Program-made: the position numbers and the translations under genes | Virus record (IMG/VR): IMGVR_UViG_3300020186_000013 | Coordinates: 62,001-126,000 of that record | Reading direction: 5' to 3' (one strand) | DNA length: 64,000 bases | The notes under the pieces: generated by a model | Databases searched by the model: none | What the model was told of the DNA's origin: nothing | What the model saw: only the letters and a program-made list of their open reading frames with translations | Part shown: positions 47,056 to 56,483 of the stretch, piece by piece | How positions within the stretch are numbered: the stretch's first letter is position 1 | Layout: the number at the start of each line of letters is the position of its first letter

Positions 47056-49803
47056 TTAGTTTGGTTTGACGATCTTGAAATTTTGGGCCAGTGACGCCGT
47101 CTCGTTCTCCGGCAAGGTCGGCGACTCGTACTGACTTTGGTTACTACTGCGTTCCTTGTCAACACCGCGACCCCAGTCGTACAGGCCGAGCTGGGCCAGC
47201 CGGAGGAATACGGAGGAGTCTTCCCACTTGGCCTTGCCGGGCCACGGGTACAGTTGTCGTCCCTGGTAGCTGACGGGCTTCTCCTCCCACGTGTCGCCAC
47301 CGGACCCGCCGCCCAGCCGCTGGATCTGGTGCCACCGGCTCTCCACAAACTGCAAGGTGGTCGTGTGGTACTGCTTACCCGGTTCGTCCGAGTCGCGGTA
47401 GCTGAAGCCGATCGCACTGATGGTGTCGTCGCTGCCGAGGGACTGCGTCCCGTACCACGGCACGGTGACGTCGCCCGTCATGGCCAACTGCCCGTCTTTC
47501 GTGACCTTTTGGAGGGCCTGGCAGGCGTCCTGGCATAGCTCGGTGACGGCCGTAGCCGCCTGATCGCCGCCGGGGCCGACGAGGCCCTCCTTCTTGGCGA
47601 TGTACTGCCCGCCGCTCGCGACACCCTTCACGGCGGCAATGCTGCCGTTGACGGCGAGGTTGCCGCTGCCGCACGAGCCGACGATCAGGCCCTTGGCCAA
47701 GACCATCGACCCCTCGTGTGTCACGTTGTTCTGGCCGAACCGGTGGCTCTTCACCATCGACGGTGCCGTGGTGCCGGAGATCGAACCCGAATAGTGCCAG
47801 ATGGTGAAGTCGTTCTTGACGTACGCATCGACCTTCTTGGCGTTGACGGCGACCGTGCCCAGGCCCTTGCCTGCGTCGAGGACGATGTCACCTGTTTGCT
47901 TCTTCGCACCCGATCGGATATACACGTCCTCACCGAGTAGCCCGACGACACTGGCAGACTTGAGGACGATGCCGCCCGCGTCGACGTCCTCGCCGATCTT
48001 GTCCTGGTAGTCCTGCGTCTTGCTGGTGCTCTTGGACTCCACGAGGACGGTGTTCTCGCCGAGGATCTGGAGGTTCTTGAACGCCCGCAAGCGGACGTCC
48101 TTGTTCGACGACGAGATGTCGACCGAGTCGTGGCTCTTGACGATGACCTCACCCGACATGATGAGGGCCGTGCGGCCGGGCAGGATCTGGACGGACCCAG
48201 GAGCCTCGATCCGGACATTGCCGGCCGTCATGGTAATCTGCGACCCGAATCCGTCGGCAATGGCGATGCCGCCGTCGTCGAGGAAGGCGATGAACGCCTC
48301 ACGCTGGAAGTATTCGACGTCGTTGTACCGCTTGTCGATGCGGAGGACCTTGGGCGTGGGGTCCGACATGTACGACTGGGACGACAGGACGCCGAAGTCG
48401 AGGTTGTCCATCGTGCGGCTGAAGAACTGGCTCTGACTCTCCTCGGCGACCTGGTAATCCTTCTTGTGGTAGTGGAACGGGTGGAGCCGCTTCCAGTTAA
48501 TGTTCCACGCCAGGATGTCCTGCACGCCGCCGACCCGCCGGATGGACCGGTTGGTGCCGGTCACCTTCATGTCGTTGACCTTGTGGTCCTCGCCGCTACC
48601 GAACTGGGACGAGAACTTGTAGTTGCCGGCTTCGGCGTCGTCGCCCGTCGCATCGTTGACGAGCTTCTGCTGCTTGGGCACCGGGATCAGGCACCGCTTG
48701 GCGAAGATCATGCTCTTGGCGGACTGCACCACGTACGAACCGTCGAGTCCAACGTGCTGGGCGAACACGCCCTCGTCGGCGACCGGATCACTGTACCGCT
48801 GGACGCCGGAGTCCCGTTGCAGCTTGACGACGTAGTCGAGCCCGCCTTGGCCGAGGTAGCCGCCGTAGTGCCGGACCCGGTGGATGGGCTGGACGTCCTT
48901 GCCGGTGTCGGGCAAGTCGACCTTGCCGACGGGCTTGTTGTACTGCACGTCTTCGTCACTGTACTCCTGGGTGAAGTCCGTACCGGGGGCGTATAAGCCC
49001 AGAGCCTCCCACGGATACGTCGCCACCATGTGCTGGTAGTTCGCCTCACCCTCATCGGCGTACGCCTGCTCGTCGTGGATTGCTGACGTGATCTCCAGCT
49101 GGGAGCCCGCCAGGCTGCATAGGCCGTCCCAGAAGCTCAGGGATAGGCCGCACATCTCGTTGACGCGAAGGAACGCCATGAAGCTGTCGATGTGGATGCC
49201 GACGCCCGTCTCGGTGATCTTGTTCCATTCCAGGCTCGTCGAGTCAACGGGGGACTGGCAGGAGAAGTCCTGGATGCCGCCGGACCGCTCCATGCCCTTG
49301 GCGACCTGCTTGTGAATGCGTTCCCGCTTGTACCCTGCCTGACTGCCCTGGGAGATCCAGCCGGGGCAGGCGACGCCGTCGTCCTCCAGGGCGTGAGGGA
49401 CGACGCCGAGGATGGCGGACGGCCCCGATCCCGACTCCGTCGGGCAGAAGATGATGACCGTGCTGCCGGCCGTCAGGGGTGCCCCGGAGCGGGGGCCGAG
49501 GGGAGTCTTGATGGAGTCCGACAGGTGATAGGCGGCGACCCACCCGGAGTCGCCGAGTTGGACCTTGTACCAGTTGAGGCCGGGGATCGAGTGGACGATG
49601 ACGCCGATCCGGAGGCCGCTGTGGCGTCCCGGATGGTTCAGAAGACCCGCAATGACGCGGGCGGGGTCGCGGGTGAGGCGATTGGCTTGCTGACCCAGGG
49701 CGTCGAGTTCGCTCTGGAGGTTGGTGATCCCCTGGATGCGACCGTCCGGCTGGGACACGCCCATACCGGGGTCCTGGGAACCCCGATGTGACTCGGTTGA
49801 CAT
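47056..49803 (-). CDS. gp5/VgrG-like baseplate spike/hub protein
   Basis: N-terminal OB-fold-like YKVQL...GSTVII...ILG; beta-helix-like segment DDGGIAIADGFGSQITMTAGNVRIEAPGSV. Confidence 0.6.
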   Translation of the reverse strand: MSTESHRGSQDPGMGVSQPDGRIQGITNLQSELDALGQQANRLTRDPARVIAGLLNHPGRHSGLRIGVIVHSIPGLNWYKVQLGDSGWVAAYHLSDSIKTPLGPRSGAPLTAGSTVIIFCPTESGSGPSAILGVVPHALEDDGVACPGWISQGSQAGYKRERIHKQVAKGMERSGGIQDFSCQSPVDSTSLEWNKITETGVGIHIDSFMAFLRVNEMCGLSLSFWDGLCSLAGSQLEITSAIHDEQAYADEGEANYQHMVATYPWEALGLYAPGTDFTQEYSDEDVQYNKPVGKVDLPDTGKDVQPIHRVRHYGGYLGQGGLDYVVKLQRDSGVQRYSDPVADEGVFAQHVGLDGSYVVQSAKSMIFAKRCLIPVPKQQKLVNDATGDDAEAGNYKFSSQFGSGEDHKVNDMKVTGTNRSIRRVGGVQDILAWNINWKRLHPFHYHKKDYQVAEESQSQFFSRTMDNLDFGVLSSQSYMSDPTPKVLRIDKRYNDVEYFQREAFIAFLDDGGIAIADGFGSQITMTAGNVRIEAPGSVQILPGRTALIMSGEVIVKSHDSVDISSSNKDVRLRAFKNLQILGENTVLVESKSTSKTQDYQDKIGEDVDAGGIVLKSASVVGLLGEDVYIRSGAKKQTGDIVLDAGKGLGTVAVNAKKVDAYVKNDFTIWHYSGSISGTTAPSMVKSHRFGQNNVTHEGSMVLAKGLIVGSCGSGNLAVNGSIAAVKGVASGGQYIAKKEGLVGPGGDQAATAVTELCQDACQALQKVTKDGQLAMTGDVTVPWYGTQSLGSDDTISAIGFSYRDSDEPGKQYHTTTLQFVESRWHQIQRLGGGSGGDTWEEKPVSYQGRQLYPWPGKAKWEDSSVFLRLAQLGLYDWGRGVDKERSSNQSQYESPTLPENETASLAQNFKIVKPN

Positions 49804-49843
49804 TGCCTCACCTCAAGGGTGCGTTTGTGGGCTTAAAGCCCTG

Positions 49844-49869
49844 GAGGGGGAGGGCCGTCCCTCCCCCTC
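49844..49869 (-). terminator. GC-rich hairpin after the tail tube gene
   Basis: GAGGGGGAGGG-ACGG-CCCTCCCCCTC; U tract weak. Confidence 0.45.
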
Positions 49870-49874
49870 AGAGT

Positions 49875-49890
49875 TAGAAACTGGCTTCTA
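49875..49890 (+). repeat. Dispersed 16-bp quasi-palindrome, copy 6 (TAGAAACTGGCTTCTA)
   Basis: Lies between the tube stop codon and the hairpin. Confidence 0.9.
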
Positions 49891-49893
49891 GGG

Positions 49894-50370
49894 TCAGTTG
49901 CCGTAGAAGACCATACTGGCGAAGACCATCTGCGACTGCTCATTGACGATCATATCCTGAGCCGCCACCGAAATGCCGACCTGGGTCAGGCAGCACCCGT
50001 AGAGCCCGTACCCGCCGTACCCGCCGGCAGGCGGGCAGGAGAGCGGGTTGAACTCCAGCCCGATGTTGTTGTACTGGGCGTTGCAGACCTTCCCGAACTT
50101 GTTGTAGAAGGCGGAAATGGTTGTCGTCGGCCCCAGGACCCGACCGAGGCCGAGCGTGCCCTGCGTTCGACCGCCGACGTAGTAGATGTTGGTTTGGCCG
50201 TAGGTGCCGTTGCCCACTTCGTACAGGCGACTGATGTTCTGGACGTAAGTGGCGTTGACGTTCTGGACGAGGGCGTTGCTTACCACCCCGCCGAAGTTTA
50301 ACTTGGCGAGTTCGGCCGAGAATGCACCGCCGAGCTGTGCACCGTTCGCCAGGAAGATATCACCGGGCAT
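49894..50370 (-). CDS. Tail tube protein
   Basis: 158 aa directly after the sheath; QNISRLYEVG...YYVGGRTQGTLGLGRVLG. Confidence 0.75.
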   Translation of the reverse strand: MPGDIFLANGAQLGGAFSAELAKLNFGGVVSNALVQNVNATYVQNISRLYEVGNGTYGQTNIYYVGGRTQGTLGLGRVLGPTTTISAFYNKFGKVCNAQYNNIGLEFNPLSCPPAGGYGGYGLYGCCLTQVGISVAAQDMIVNEQSQMVFASMVFYGN

Positions 50371-50429
50371 GGAAAAAACCTCCGTGTGTGAAGCCGAGCC
50401 TTACCACAGGCTTGGCGGCTGTCCTTATA

Positions 50430-50464
50430 GGAAAGCTCCCCCCGGCATACGTGCCTGGGGGAGT
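50430..50464 (-). terminator. Hairpin between the sheath and tube genes
   Basis: CTCCCCC-A-GGCA-CGTA-TGCC-G-GGGGGAG followed by CTTTCC. Confidence 0.4.
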
Positions 50465-50476
50465 TGGTGGCTGGGA

Positions 50477-53299
50477 TCAGAACGTCAGGTGGATCTCGAT
50501 GTTGTTCAGAGCGTACGGGACGACGAGGGACAGGTTCACGACGATCCGGTCCTTGAGTGTCGGGTGCTGGTGCACGTCGATTACCGTGCCGTCGATGAGC
50601 TGTCCGCCCAGCAACTTTGTCGAGGATTCGATCTTGAGCACGTTGATCAGCGTGTTCGTGTCGAGGCGGATGCGGGACACCGTTCCGGGGGTGACGTTGG
50701 TGACCCCGATGAACGGGGCGAACGTGTCCTTGAACCGGTAAGAGATCGAGTCCACGTTGCGGGTGATCATCTCCTCCCGCTTGTTGATGTCACTGTTCAA
50801 CGCGGTCGTGACCGCGTGTCGCGTGAAGATCGTGCCGACGATTGGGTCCTGGGTGACAATCCAGGTGCCTGCCAGGGCCATGGCGTCGAGCTGGGCCTTG
50901 TTGAACTTCGCGGTTGTCCGGTCCACGTTCGAGTACCCGGTGATCTCCAGGTGCGTGAGTCCCTGGTGGGGCAGCACGCCGCCGGACAAGGCCGCGAGCG
51001 AGCAGCACAGGAAGGTCCCGTCCATGATCGTGCCGGCCGACTCGATCTGGTCCGGCCACACCGCACGAATGCGGCGGTCGCCCCAGCTGCCAGCCGACAG
51101 AGCGATCTCCTGGGACTCTTCGCCGGCACTGAGGTGCCGCCAGATTTCCGTCTTGGCCCCGACGGACAGCGGGCCGGACGGGCCGACGAGAAGCCGGAGC
51201 TGGTCCTCGGCAGTAACCACGTCGACGACGAACTCGGTGTACGAGTAGTTACCGAAGCCGTCGCCGGTGTACTCGGTCCGGACGATGTCGCCGGGGCGGA
51301 CGTTGTTGGTGATGAACCCGCCGTTGTCGCTCGTGCACCGGAGGATGGTGAAGCTCGACCCGATGAAGAACGGGTCCTGCTCGACGACGCACAGACAGAC
51401 ATCGCCGTCCGTCGTGGTGGCCGTCAGGTGGTTGGCGACCGTCGACCCGGACGAGACGATCGGGATGAGTGGGACGCCCATCAGGTTGAACCAGGTAACC
51501 CGCCACAGGGCGGCGGTTGCCACCGACTGGTCATCGACGTGAGCAGCCCACAGGTCCTGGACCGTGCGGTTCTTCGTCAGCGGGACGAGCCCGTAGACGT
51601 CGTCGCGACCGATCAGGATGCCGAGTACGTCGGCCCACGAGGAGACGTCGGCCGGGTTGCACACCGACGAGAATTTGACGTCCGTGCCGTTCGCGTTCTC
51701 CAGGGCCTTGAACACGCCCCACTTGAGGGGGTTGTCCGGGTGCAAGGCACCGCTGATCTGGTCGTTGATGGTGCCGACATCATTGATCGTGAACACCTCG
51801 TTGCAGAGGTCCGACAGCCAGGCCCGGTATTCGACGTACACTTGGCCGTACTGCTTGCTTGCTTCCGACGACAGGGGAAGGGCAACCGGAACTCCGCTGT
51901 TCGTCCAGGTCGCGTCGAACGCCTGGATGCCGTCGTTGATCGTGATCTGTTCGGCAGTCTGGTCCCAGTTGGTCAGCGGGGCGGACCCGATGCGGTTCTT
52001 TTCGATCTGGAGTACCGGCTTGCGGATGAACAAGGTCAGGTCCAGTTCGTTGCCGGCCGGGATGGCGGACGGCAGGTTCTGGCCCAGTTCAATTGCCTTG
52101 ATCGGTCCCTCGGCTGCGGACAACACGGGGACATAGAAGCGGTCACCCGTCCGCAGGGCGACGCCCGAGAACATGATGGTCGCCCCGAGCGTACCGATCG
52201 GCACAGCCGTGGCGGACGCCGGGACAACAATCGGCCCGCTGATGTCGATGCCGTTCGTGGTCGTGATGTTGATCTGAGGGTCGTTCGGGTACGTACCACC
52301 CCGGTTGACGACCACGATGTAGGTCGTGTCGTTGAGGCCGGTGTACGTGCCGCCCGATGTCGCAGACGGGGCCGTGAACAGCTGGTTCACGGTCACACGC
52401 CACCGCTGGCCGACCACGATGTCTGCCGGGAGGACGCCGTCGCCGATGGCCGAGATCGAGTCGCCGCCGCTACCACTGCTGTCAAACGTGACCGTGAGGC
52501 CACGGGTGCCGATCGGCGTGGGCACGTTCATGCCGTTCGGGACCACCGACAGGATGTCGTCCGTACCCGAACCGGAGATGATGCGGATCTTGCCTTTGGT
52601 CAGGTCACTGCTGACCGACGTCTCAGTGACGATGATGTCGTACGTTTCGGTAATGTACCCCGATGCCAGGCCGTCGTAGGCTGTGCCGTCAGGGATCAGG
52701 ATGATGGCGTTGTCAGGGCCACTGACCTTGGTGTACGAAGCCGAGTACGACTGCGTGGGCTTGTTGTTGACGTCGTTCGCCGCCGCCAGGACCGAGCTGG
52801 CGATCTGGTCGCCGTGCAGAGCCTTGACGTAAGTCCACAGCGTGACCGGGGACAAGGTGTTGTCCAGGCCGCGAACCTTGACCACGTCGCCCGGCTGAAC
52901 GTCGCGGTCGAGGAACTCGTTCGAGCGGACGTAGATCCCGTTCTCGGCGAAGTTCAGGTTGGTCGAGTGGATGCGGTTACCGTACGACGCCATCTTGGTG
53001 ACCATGTGGCCACCGCCAATGAACGTGGTGAAGTATTGGAGCAGGGCGTCCTTGACCCACACCTTCGTGTAGGTCGCGTCGACGATCCCGCCAGCCGGCC
53101 GGTGCGGCCATGCGTGCGGCTGCGGCAGGAGGTTGTCGTAGTAGCCGAGGAAGCCCTTGGCCTGCTCGTCGGTCTCGTTGTAGCGGAGCAGCTGGGCGTG
53201 CGGCCCGGTGATGTGCGACCGCAGCGGGTTTGCGACCGCCGCCGGGACGATGTTGAACTCTTGGAAAACCAAAACCTGGGGAAGGACGTACGTCGCCAT
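50477..53299 (-). CDS. Contractile tail sheath protein
   Basis: N-terminal YVLPQVLVFQE; C-terminal LPHQGLT...QLDAMALAGTWIV...RHAVTT...E..ITRNVD...VPYALNNIEI, typical of a sheath C-domain. Confidence 0.88.
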   Translation of the reverse strand: MATYVLPQVLVFQEFNIVPAAVANPLRSHITGPHAQLLRYNETDEQAKGFLGYYDNLLPQPHAWPHRPAGGIVDATYTKVWVKDALLQYFTTFIGGGHMVTKMASYGNRIHSTNLNFAENGIYVRSNEFLDRDVQPGDVVKVRGLDNTLSPVTLWTYVKALHGDQIASSVLAAANDVNNKPTQSYSASYTKVSGPDNAIILIPDGTAYDGLASGYITETYDIIVTETSVSSDLTKGKIRIISGSGTDDILSVVPNGMNVPTPIGTRGLTVTFDSSGSGGDSISAIGDGVLPADIVVGQRWRVTVNQLFTAPSATSGGTYTGLNDTTYIVVVNRGGTYPNDPQINITTTNGIDISGPIVVPASATAVPIGTLGATIMFSGVALRTGDRFYVPVLSAAEGPIKAIELGQNLPSAIPAGNELDLTLFIRKPVLQIEKNRIGSAPLTNWDQTAEQITINDGIQAFDATWTNSGVPVALPLSSEASKQYGQVYVEYRAWLSDLCNEVFTINDVGTINDQISGALHPDNPLKWGVFKALENANGTDVKFSSVCNPADVSSWADVLGILIGRDDVYGLVPLTKNRTVQDLWAAHVDDQSVATAALWRVTWFNLMGVPLIPIVSSGSTVANHLTATTTDGDVCLCVVEQDPFFIGSSFTILRCTSDNGGFITNNVRPGDIVRTEYTGDGFGNYSYTEFVVDVVTAEDQLRLLVGPSGPLSVGAKTEIWRHLSAGEESQEIALSAGSWGDRRIRAVWPDQIESAGTIMDGTFLCCSLAALSGGVLPHQGLTHLEITGYSNVDRTTAKFNKAQLDAMALAGTWIVTQDPIVGTIFTRHAVTTALNSDINKREEMITRNVDSISYRFKDTFAPFIGVTNVTPGTVSRIRLDTNTLINVLKIESSTKLLGGQLIDGTVIDVHQHPTLKDRIVVNLSLVVPYALNNIEIHLTF

Positions 53300-53348
53300 T
53301 GAGAGTGCCTCCGTGCACGAACGGGTGTGTCAGGAACGAAGAATGGTT

Positions 53349-54053
53349 TTAGCACGACAGTAGCGTGCTGAGGGCAATTCGCCGCAGCTTCATGGACTCC
53401 AGTTCGAGCCGCCAGTTCTCGGCGTAGGCCCAGCCTATCGTGATCGGAACGACGAAACTCTCTTTGGACTCCTCGATCTCAGCGATAGCTCCGACTTCGG
53501 TTACGTTCCATCGGAGCAGCCCCAGGTACTCGACAATTACCTGGTGGAAGCGATTGAGGTAGCTTACCACTTCAGTCGCGAGTATCTCGACACTGGCACC
53601 CGTTCCATGGATGCAAAAGACGGTGTGCGAGCCGACCCATCCGGTCGTGAACTCAACGTGGCCGTCTTCGGTTGTGCGTACGCGGTCTGCGATTCCGAAT
53701 CGCATGTTCTGGTACGCATTTCGCTTCATGATGATCGCGGGACGCTTCTCTACGAGATCGCCACGCCACCGATGAATGCTTTCAATGAGAATACCAGTTG
53801 GCGGGTTCTCGTTCCAGATGTACTTGCGGAGGTCTTCTTCCGTGATGTTGCTCGGCACCGCGAAGTGCCGCACCAGCATGTCCCGCAGGAGTCCGGTGAT
53901 CAAGATGGGTCGCCAGCCCTTCGAGCATAGATTGCTGAATAGACCGGGGATGATCTGCGTCGCGGGCGGCTCCGTAAACGGCGACGGGTCGGGGTTCTGG
54001 TTGCCCGGATTGTTCGGGTCGTTCGGGTCGCACCATCCTGGTGGAACGGCCAT
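53349..54053 (-). CDS. Putative tail completion/terminator protein
   Basis: 234 aa directly upstream of the sheath; KRPAIIMKR motif. Confidence 0.55.
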   Translation of the reverse strand: MAVPPGWCDPNDPNNPGNQNPDPSPFTEPPATQIIPGLFSNLCSKGWRPILITGLLRDMLVRHFAVPSNITEEDLRKYIWNENPPTGILIESIHRWRGDLVEKRPAIIMKRNAYQNMRFGIADRVRTTEDGHVEFTTGWVGSHTVFCIHGTGASVEILATEVVSYLNRFHQVIVEYLGLLRWNVTEVGAIAEIEESKESFVVPITIGWAYAENWRLELESMKLRRIALSTLLSC

Positions 54054-54316
54054 TACTGCTTCTCCTTCTTCTTCTCCGGTCGCACCAGTCCGGCGGTACG
54101 CTCGTCCTTGTAGATCTCGCGGTCATTGAACAAGTGCTTAGCGACTGTCAGCGGGTCCACGTCGAACTTCCACAGGCTGATCTTGTCGAGGCCGACGGTC
54201 TTACGGATCGCGGACTGGTCATCCTTGGCGACCGGAGGCAGGCTCGCTTTGTTCTGCTTCGGGGCCTGCGTTCCGGGGGTTGCGGACGACAGCTTGCGGG
54301 GTTGGTCGTTTGGCAC
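54053..54316 (-). CDS. Small hypothetical protein
   Basis: 87 aa, TAATG overlap with the next gene. Confidence 0.6.
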   Translation of the reverse strand: MPNDQPRKLSSATPGTQAPKQNKASLPPVAKDDQSAIRKTVGLDKISLWKFDVDPLTVAKHLFNDREIYKDERTAGLVRPEKKKEKQ

Positions 54317-54324
54317 GGTGTCTC

Positions 54325-55275
54325 TTATGGTTCGGGGAAGTTCGGCCCGTACGACGAGTAGCCCTCGTCGGGCGTGTGGGCTGGGTCAGGGAAGTCGATG
54401 CCGGCGTCGGGCAGTTGCCCGAGGTGGGCCAGCTGGTCGGGTATCTTGATGTCGTAGACCACGGACGAGTACGCGATGGGCCTCATCTCGACGTTGCCGA
54501 TGAGCGGGCACCCCCGGATCTCACTGACGTGGTCGATCTTGTGGATGTAATACCGGTCGTCGGTCCTCTTGTTGACCCAGATGTCGTCCTCACCCATCAG
54601 GTCAGTAAGCAGCATGCGGGCCTGAACGACGATGTCATTGACGGTTGCTCGGGTCTCGCCGTCGATGTGAATGCGACGGCTCTTGGGGCTCAGGTCGGCC
54701 CAGGTACAAGCCATCGGGTAGAAGTACCCACACAGGAAGCCGGTGCCGTAGCAATACTCGCAGTTGGCGTCCGTGACCTCCTGCGTCTGGTAGTCGAGGC
54801 AGTGCGTGCACCGGACACCCGTGACACGACGTTTGAGCAGGTAACCGTCCTGCCCCGCCCCGATGCGGAACCGGAGCTTCTCCTTGCGGATAATCTCGCG
54901 GGCATTCCGCCAGTCGCGACGGTCGAGAGTGCCGATAGCCGCGACCGGCTGCGACACGTAGGTGCCCTTGGAGCTGGTGACCAGGACCCGGTAGTACGTC
55001 CAGTTGGTCTTACCGAAGACTCGCTTCTCGGGGTCGATGGCGTAGAAGGCGTTCTCGATGGGTCCGCCCACGTTGGCCCAGTCGTCGGCGTCCTGATTGG
55101 CGGACTGGCCGACCTGGAGTTGGAAGACGAGTGGGTTGGGGTCCGTGAAGGTGTCGAGCAATTCCCACATGATGCGGGTGCCGCCCCGGATGAGGTAGCT
55201 CACCACGACCCGGTCGAAAACGGGTTCACACTGGTTGGGGCAGAGGCGGCACCGGTGGAAGTGTGAGTTGGCCAT
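54325..55275 (-). CDS. Putative neck/head-closure protein with zinc-finger motifs
   Basis: Start re-called to MANSHF because a terminator lies just upstream. Contains RCTHC...CEYCYGTGF. Confidence 0.55.
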   Translation of the reverse strand: MANSHFHRCRLCPNQCEPVFDRVVVSYLIRGGTRIMWELLDTFTDPNPLVFQLQVGQSANQDADDWANVGGPIENAFYAIDPEKRVFGKTNWTYYRVLVTSSKGTYVSQPVAAIGTLDRRDWRNAREIIRKEKLRFRIGAGQDGYLLKRRVTGVRCTHCLDYQTQEVTDANCEYCYGTGFLCGYFYPMACTWADLSPKSRRIHIDGETRATVNDIVVQARMLLTDLMGEDDIWVNKRTDDRYYIHKIDHVSEIRGCPLIGNVEMRPIAYSSVVYDIKIPDQLAHLGQLPDAGIDFPDPAHTPDEGYSSYGPNFPEP

Positions 55276-55296
55276 CCGTGGCCCCCGCTGATAGGT

Positions 55297-55331
55297 AAAA
55301 AAAGGCGTTCCTTCATGATGAAGGATACGCC
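55297..55331 (-). terminator. Intrinsic terminator
   Basis: GGCGTATCCTTCA-TCA-TGAAGGAACGCC followed by T7. Confidence 0.8.
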
Positions 55332-55342
55332 CAAAGCAAAAC

Positions 55343-55543
55343 TCAATCAACCCGCGTGGCCCGCTCTCCTGTCGAGTGGGCCACCCTGGCTGCTGTACGA
55401 TTGATCGGGCGACTACGATGTGTCGCCGCCCGCCGACCGAACCCGCCCCTCTGGTAACCCATCGCATATGGGTTATCCTCGAACATTGCCACCTCTTGCT
55501 TGGGTGTGAGTTGTTCACCGTGGTTGTTCTTCTTTGCGGACAT
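55343..55543 (-). CDS. Small basic hypothetical protein
   Basis: 66 aa, SD AAGGAG, ends just before the terminator. Confidence 0.55.
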   Translation of the reverse strand: MSAKKNNHGEQLTPKQEVAMFEDNPYAMGYQRGGFGRRAATHRSRPINRTAARVAHSTGERATRVD

Positions 55544-55670
55544 GGAAGACTCCTTCCGCCCATGTAGGACGGTGGGTAAAGAAACACCCCGACCGAATTG
55601 GCCGGGATCAGTACCGAATCGGCACTTCTCCGCACCCCGGTGCCGTCACCGGGGCAGGAAGAAAAGTCGA

Positions 55671-56006
55671 TCAGGATCGCGAGTACACCTCGTCCTCGGG
55701 GAACCGTTCACGGACCTCTTCCTCGTCGTCGCCCGTGTCGACTACATCGACACACGGGTCAGCCTTCTTCGGCGTCTCCGTGACACGGGCATCCCGTGTC
55801 AGGAGATAAACTGTCACTACCGCACTCGCAAAGAGTGCGATCCACGGGAGGGCCTCCAGCACCATCTCGGACTTTTTTTCCGTGGCCCGCTTCTCAACGA
55901 GATAGCGGGTCCACTGCACCGTCCGAACCACCAACATGAACCCGAACGAGACCGCGAACGCAATCACGAACGCGGGGGCGAACGACGCCCAGAAGCCATC
56001 GAACAT
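55671..56006 (-). CDS. Two-TM membrane protein with an acidic tail
   Basis: Two hydrophobic segments; SD AGGAG. Confidence 0.7.
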   Translation of the reverse strand: MFDGFWASFAPAFVIAFAVSFGFMLVVRTVQWTRYLVEKRATEKKSEMVLEALPWIALFASAVVTVYLLTRDARVTETPKKADPCVDVVDTGDDEEEVRERFPEDEVYSRS

Positions 56007-56070
56007 AATGCTCTCCTGTTATTCCCCGCCCAATGGGCGAGGAGGGATGGGAAAAAAAGACACCGCGACC

Positions 56071-56376
56071 TCACCAGAACTTCAAGGCGTGCCACCAACG
56101 CCGTTTCTTCTCAGCCTCGATCCGGGCCAGTTCGGCCTCCTCACGGGCCTTCCGCTCCGCTTCGAGCCTGGCCAATTCTTCGGCCCGCTCCTTCACCTTG
56201 GTGACTTCCAACTCCACGGCTTGGCGGTGAACCTCCATGGCCTTCGCCTGCTCCTGGAGCGTCGACACGCTCTTGTCCTGCCGAGCGATCTCCTTCTGGG
56301 GCTGGAACCCCAGGTCGTTCCGGGCGAAGACGTACACGATCCCGAGCACGAACACGGTCATAAGAACTGCTTTCAC
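56071..56376 (-). CDS. Membrane-anchored coiled-coil protein
   Basis: N-terminal TM, EKAR-rich coiled coil, C-terminal KRRWWHALKFW. Start re-called to GTG at 56376 (ORF is open to 56415). Confidence 0.65.
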   Translation of the reverse strand: MKAVLMTVFVLGIVYVFARNDLGFQPQKEIARQDKSVSTLQEQAKAMEVHRQAVELEVTKVKERAEELARLEAERKAREEAELARIEAEKKRRWWHALKFW

Positions 56377-56438
56377 AGGAACACCCTCAAAGAACCACAC
56401 CCTAGTGCTCGCCAACCAAAGTGGTCGACGTCTAGGGT

Positions 56439-56483
56439 GTAAGATTTCTCTCAGGTAATATGACCCGTTTCGGTCGTTTATTT
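56439..56483 (-). promoter_or_regulatory. Promoter-like element, copy 2
   Basis: Minus strand AAATAAACGACCGAAACGGGTCATATTACCTGAGAGAAATCTTAC. Confidence 0.6.

Noticed and set aside
34402-53299. Extracellular contractile injection system or tailocin interpretation
   Set aside because: Capsid, protease, scaffold and neck genes are linked in phage order.
50249-53302. Long plus-strand ORFs (e.g. 1017 aa at 50249, 528 aa at 22109, 430 aa at 3960)
   Set aside because: They are antisense shadows of GC-rich minus-strand genes, with no recognisable motifs or SDs.
55276-55635. N-terminal extension of the 436-aa ORF (also extensions at 27989, 12906, 16275, 30886, 40428)
   Set aside because: The extensions overlap other genes or a terminator, and better starts with an SD or stop-start coupling lie downstream.
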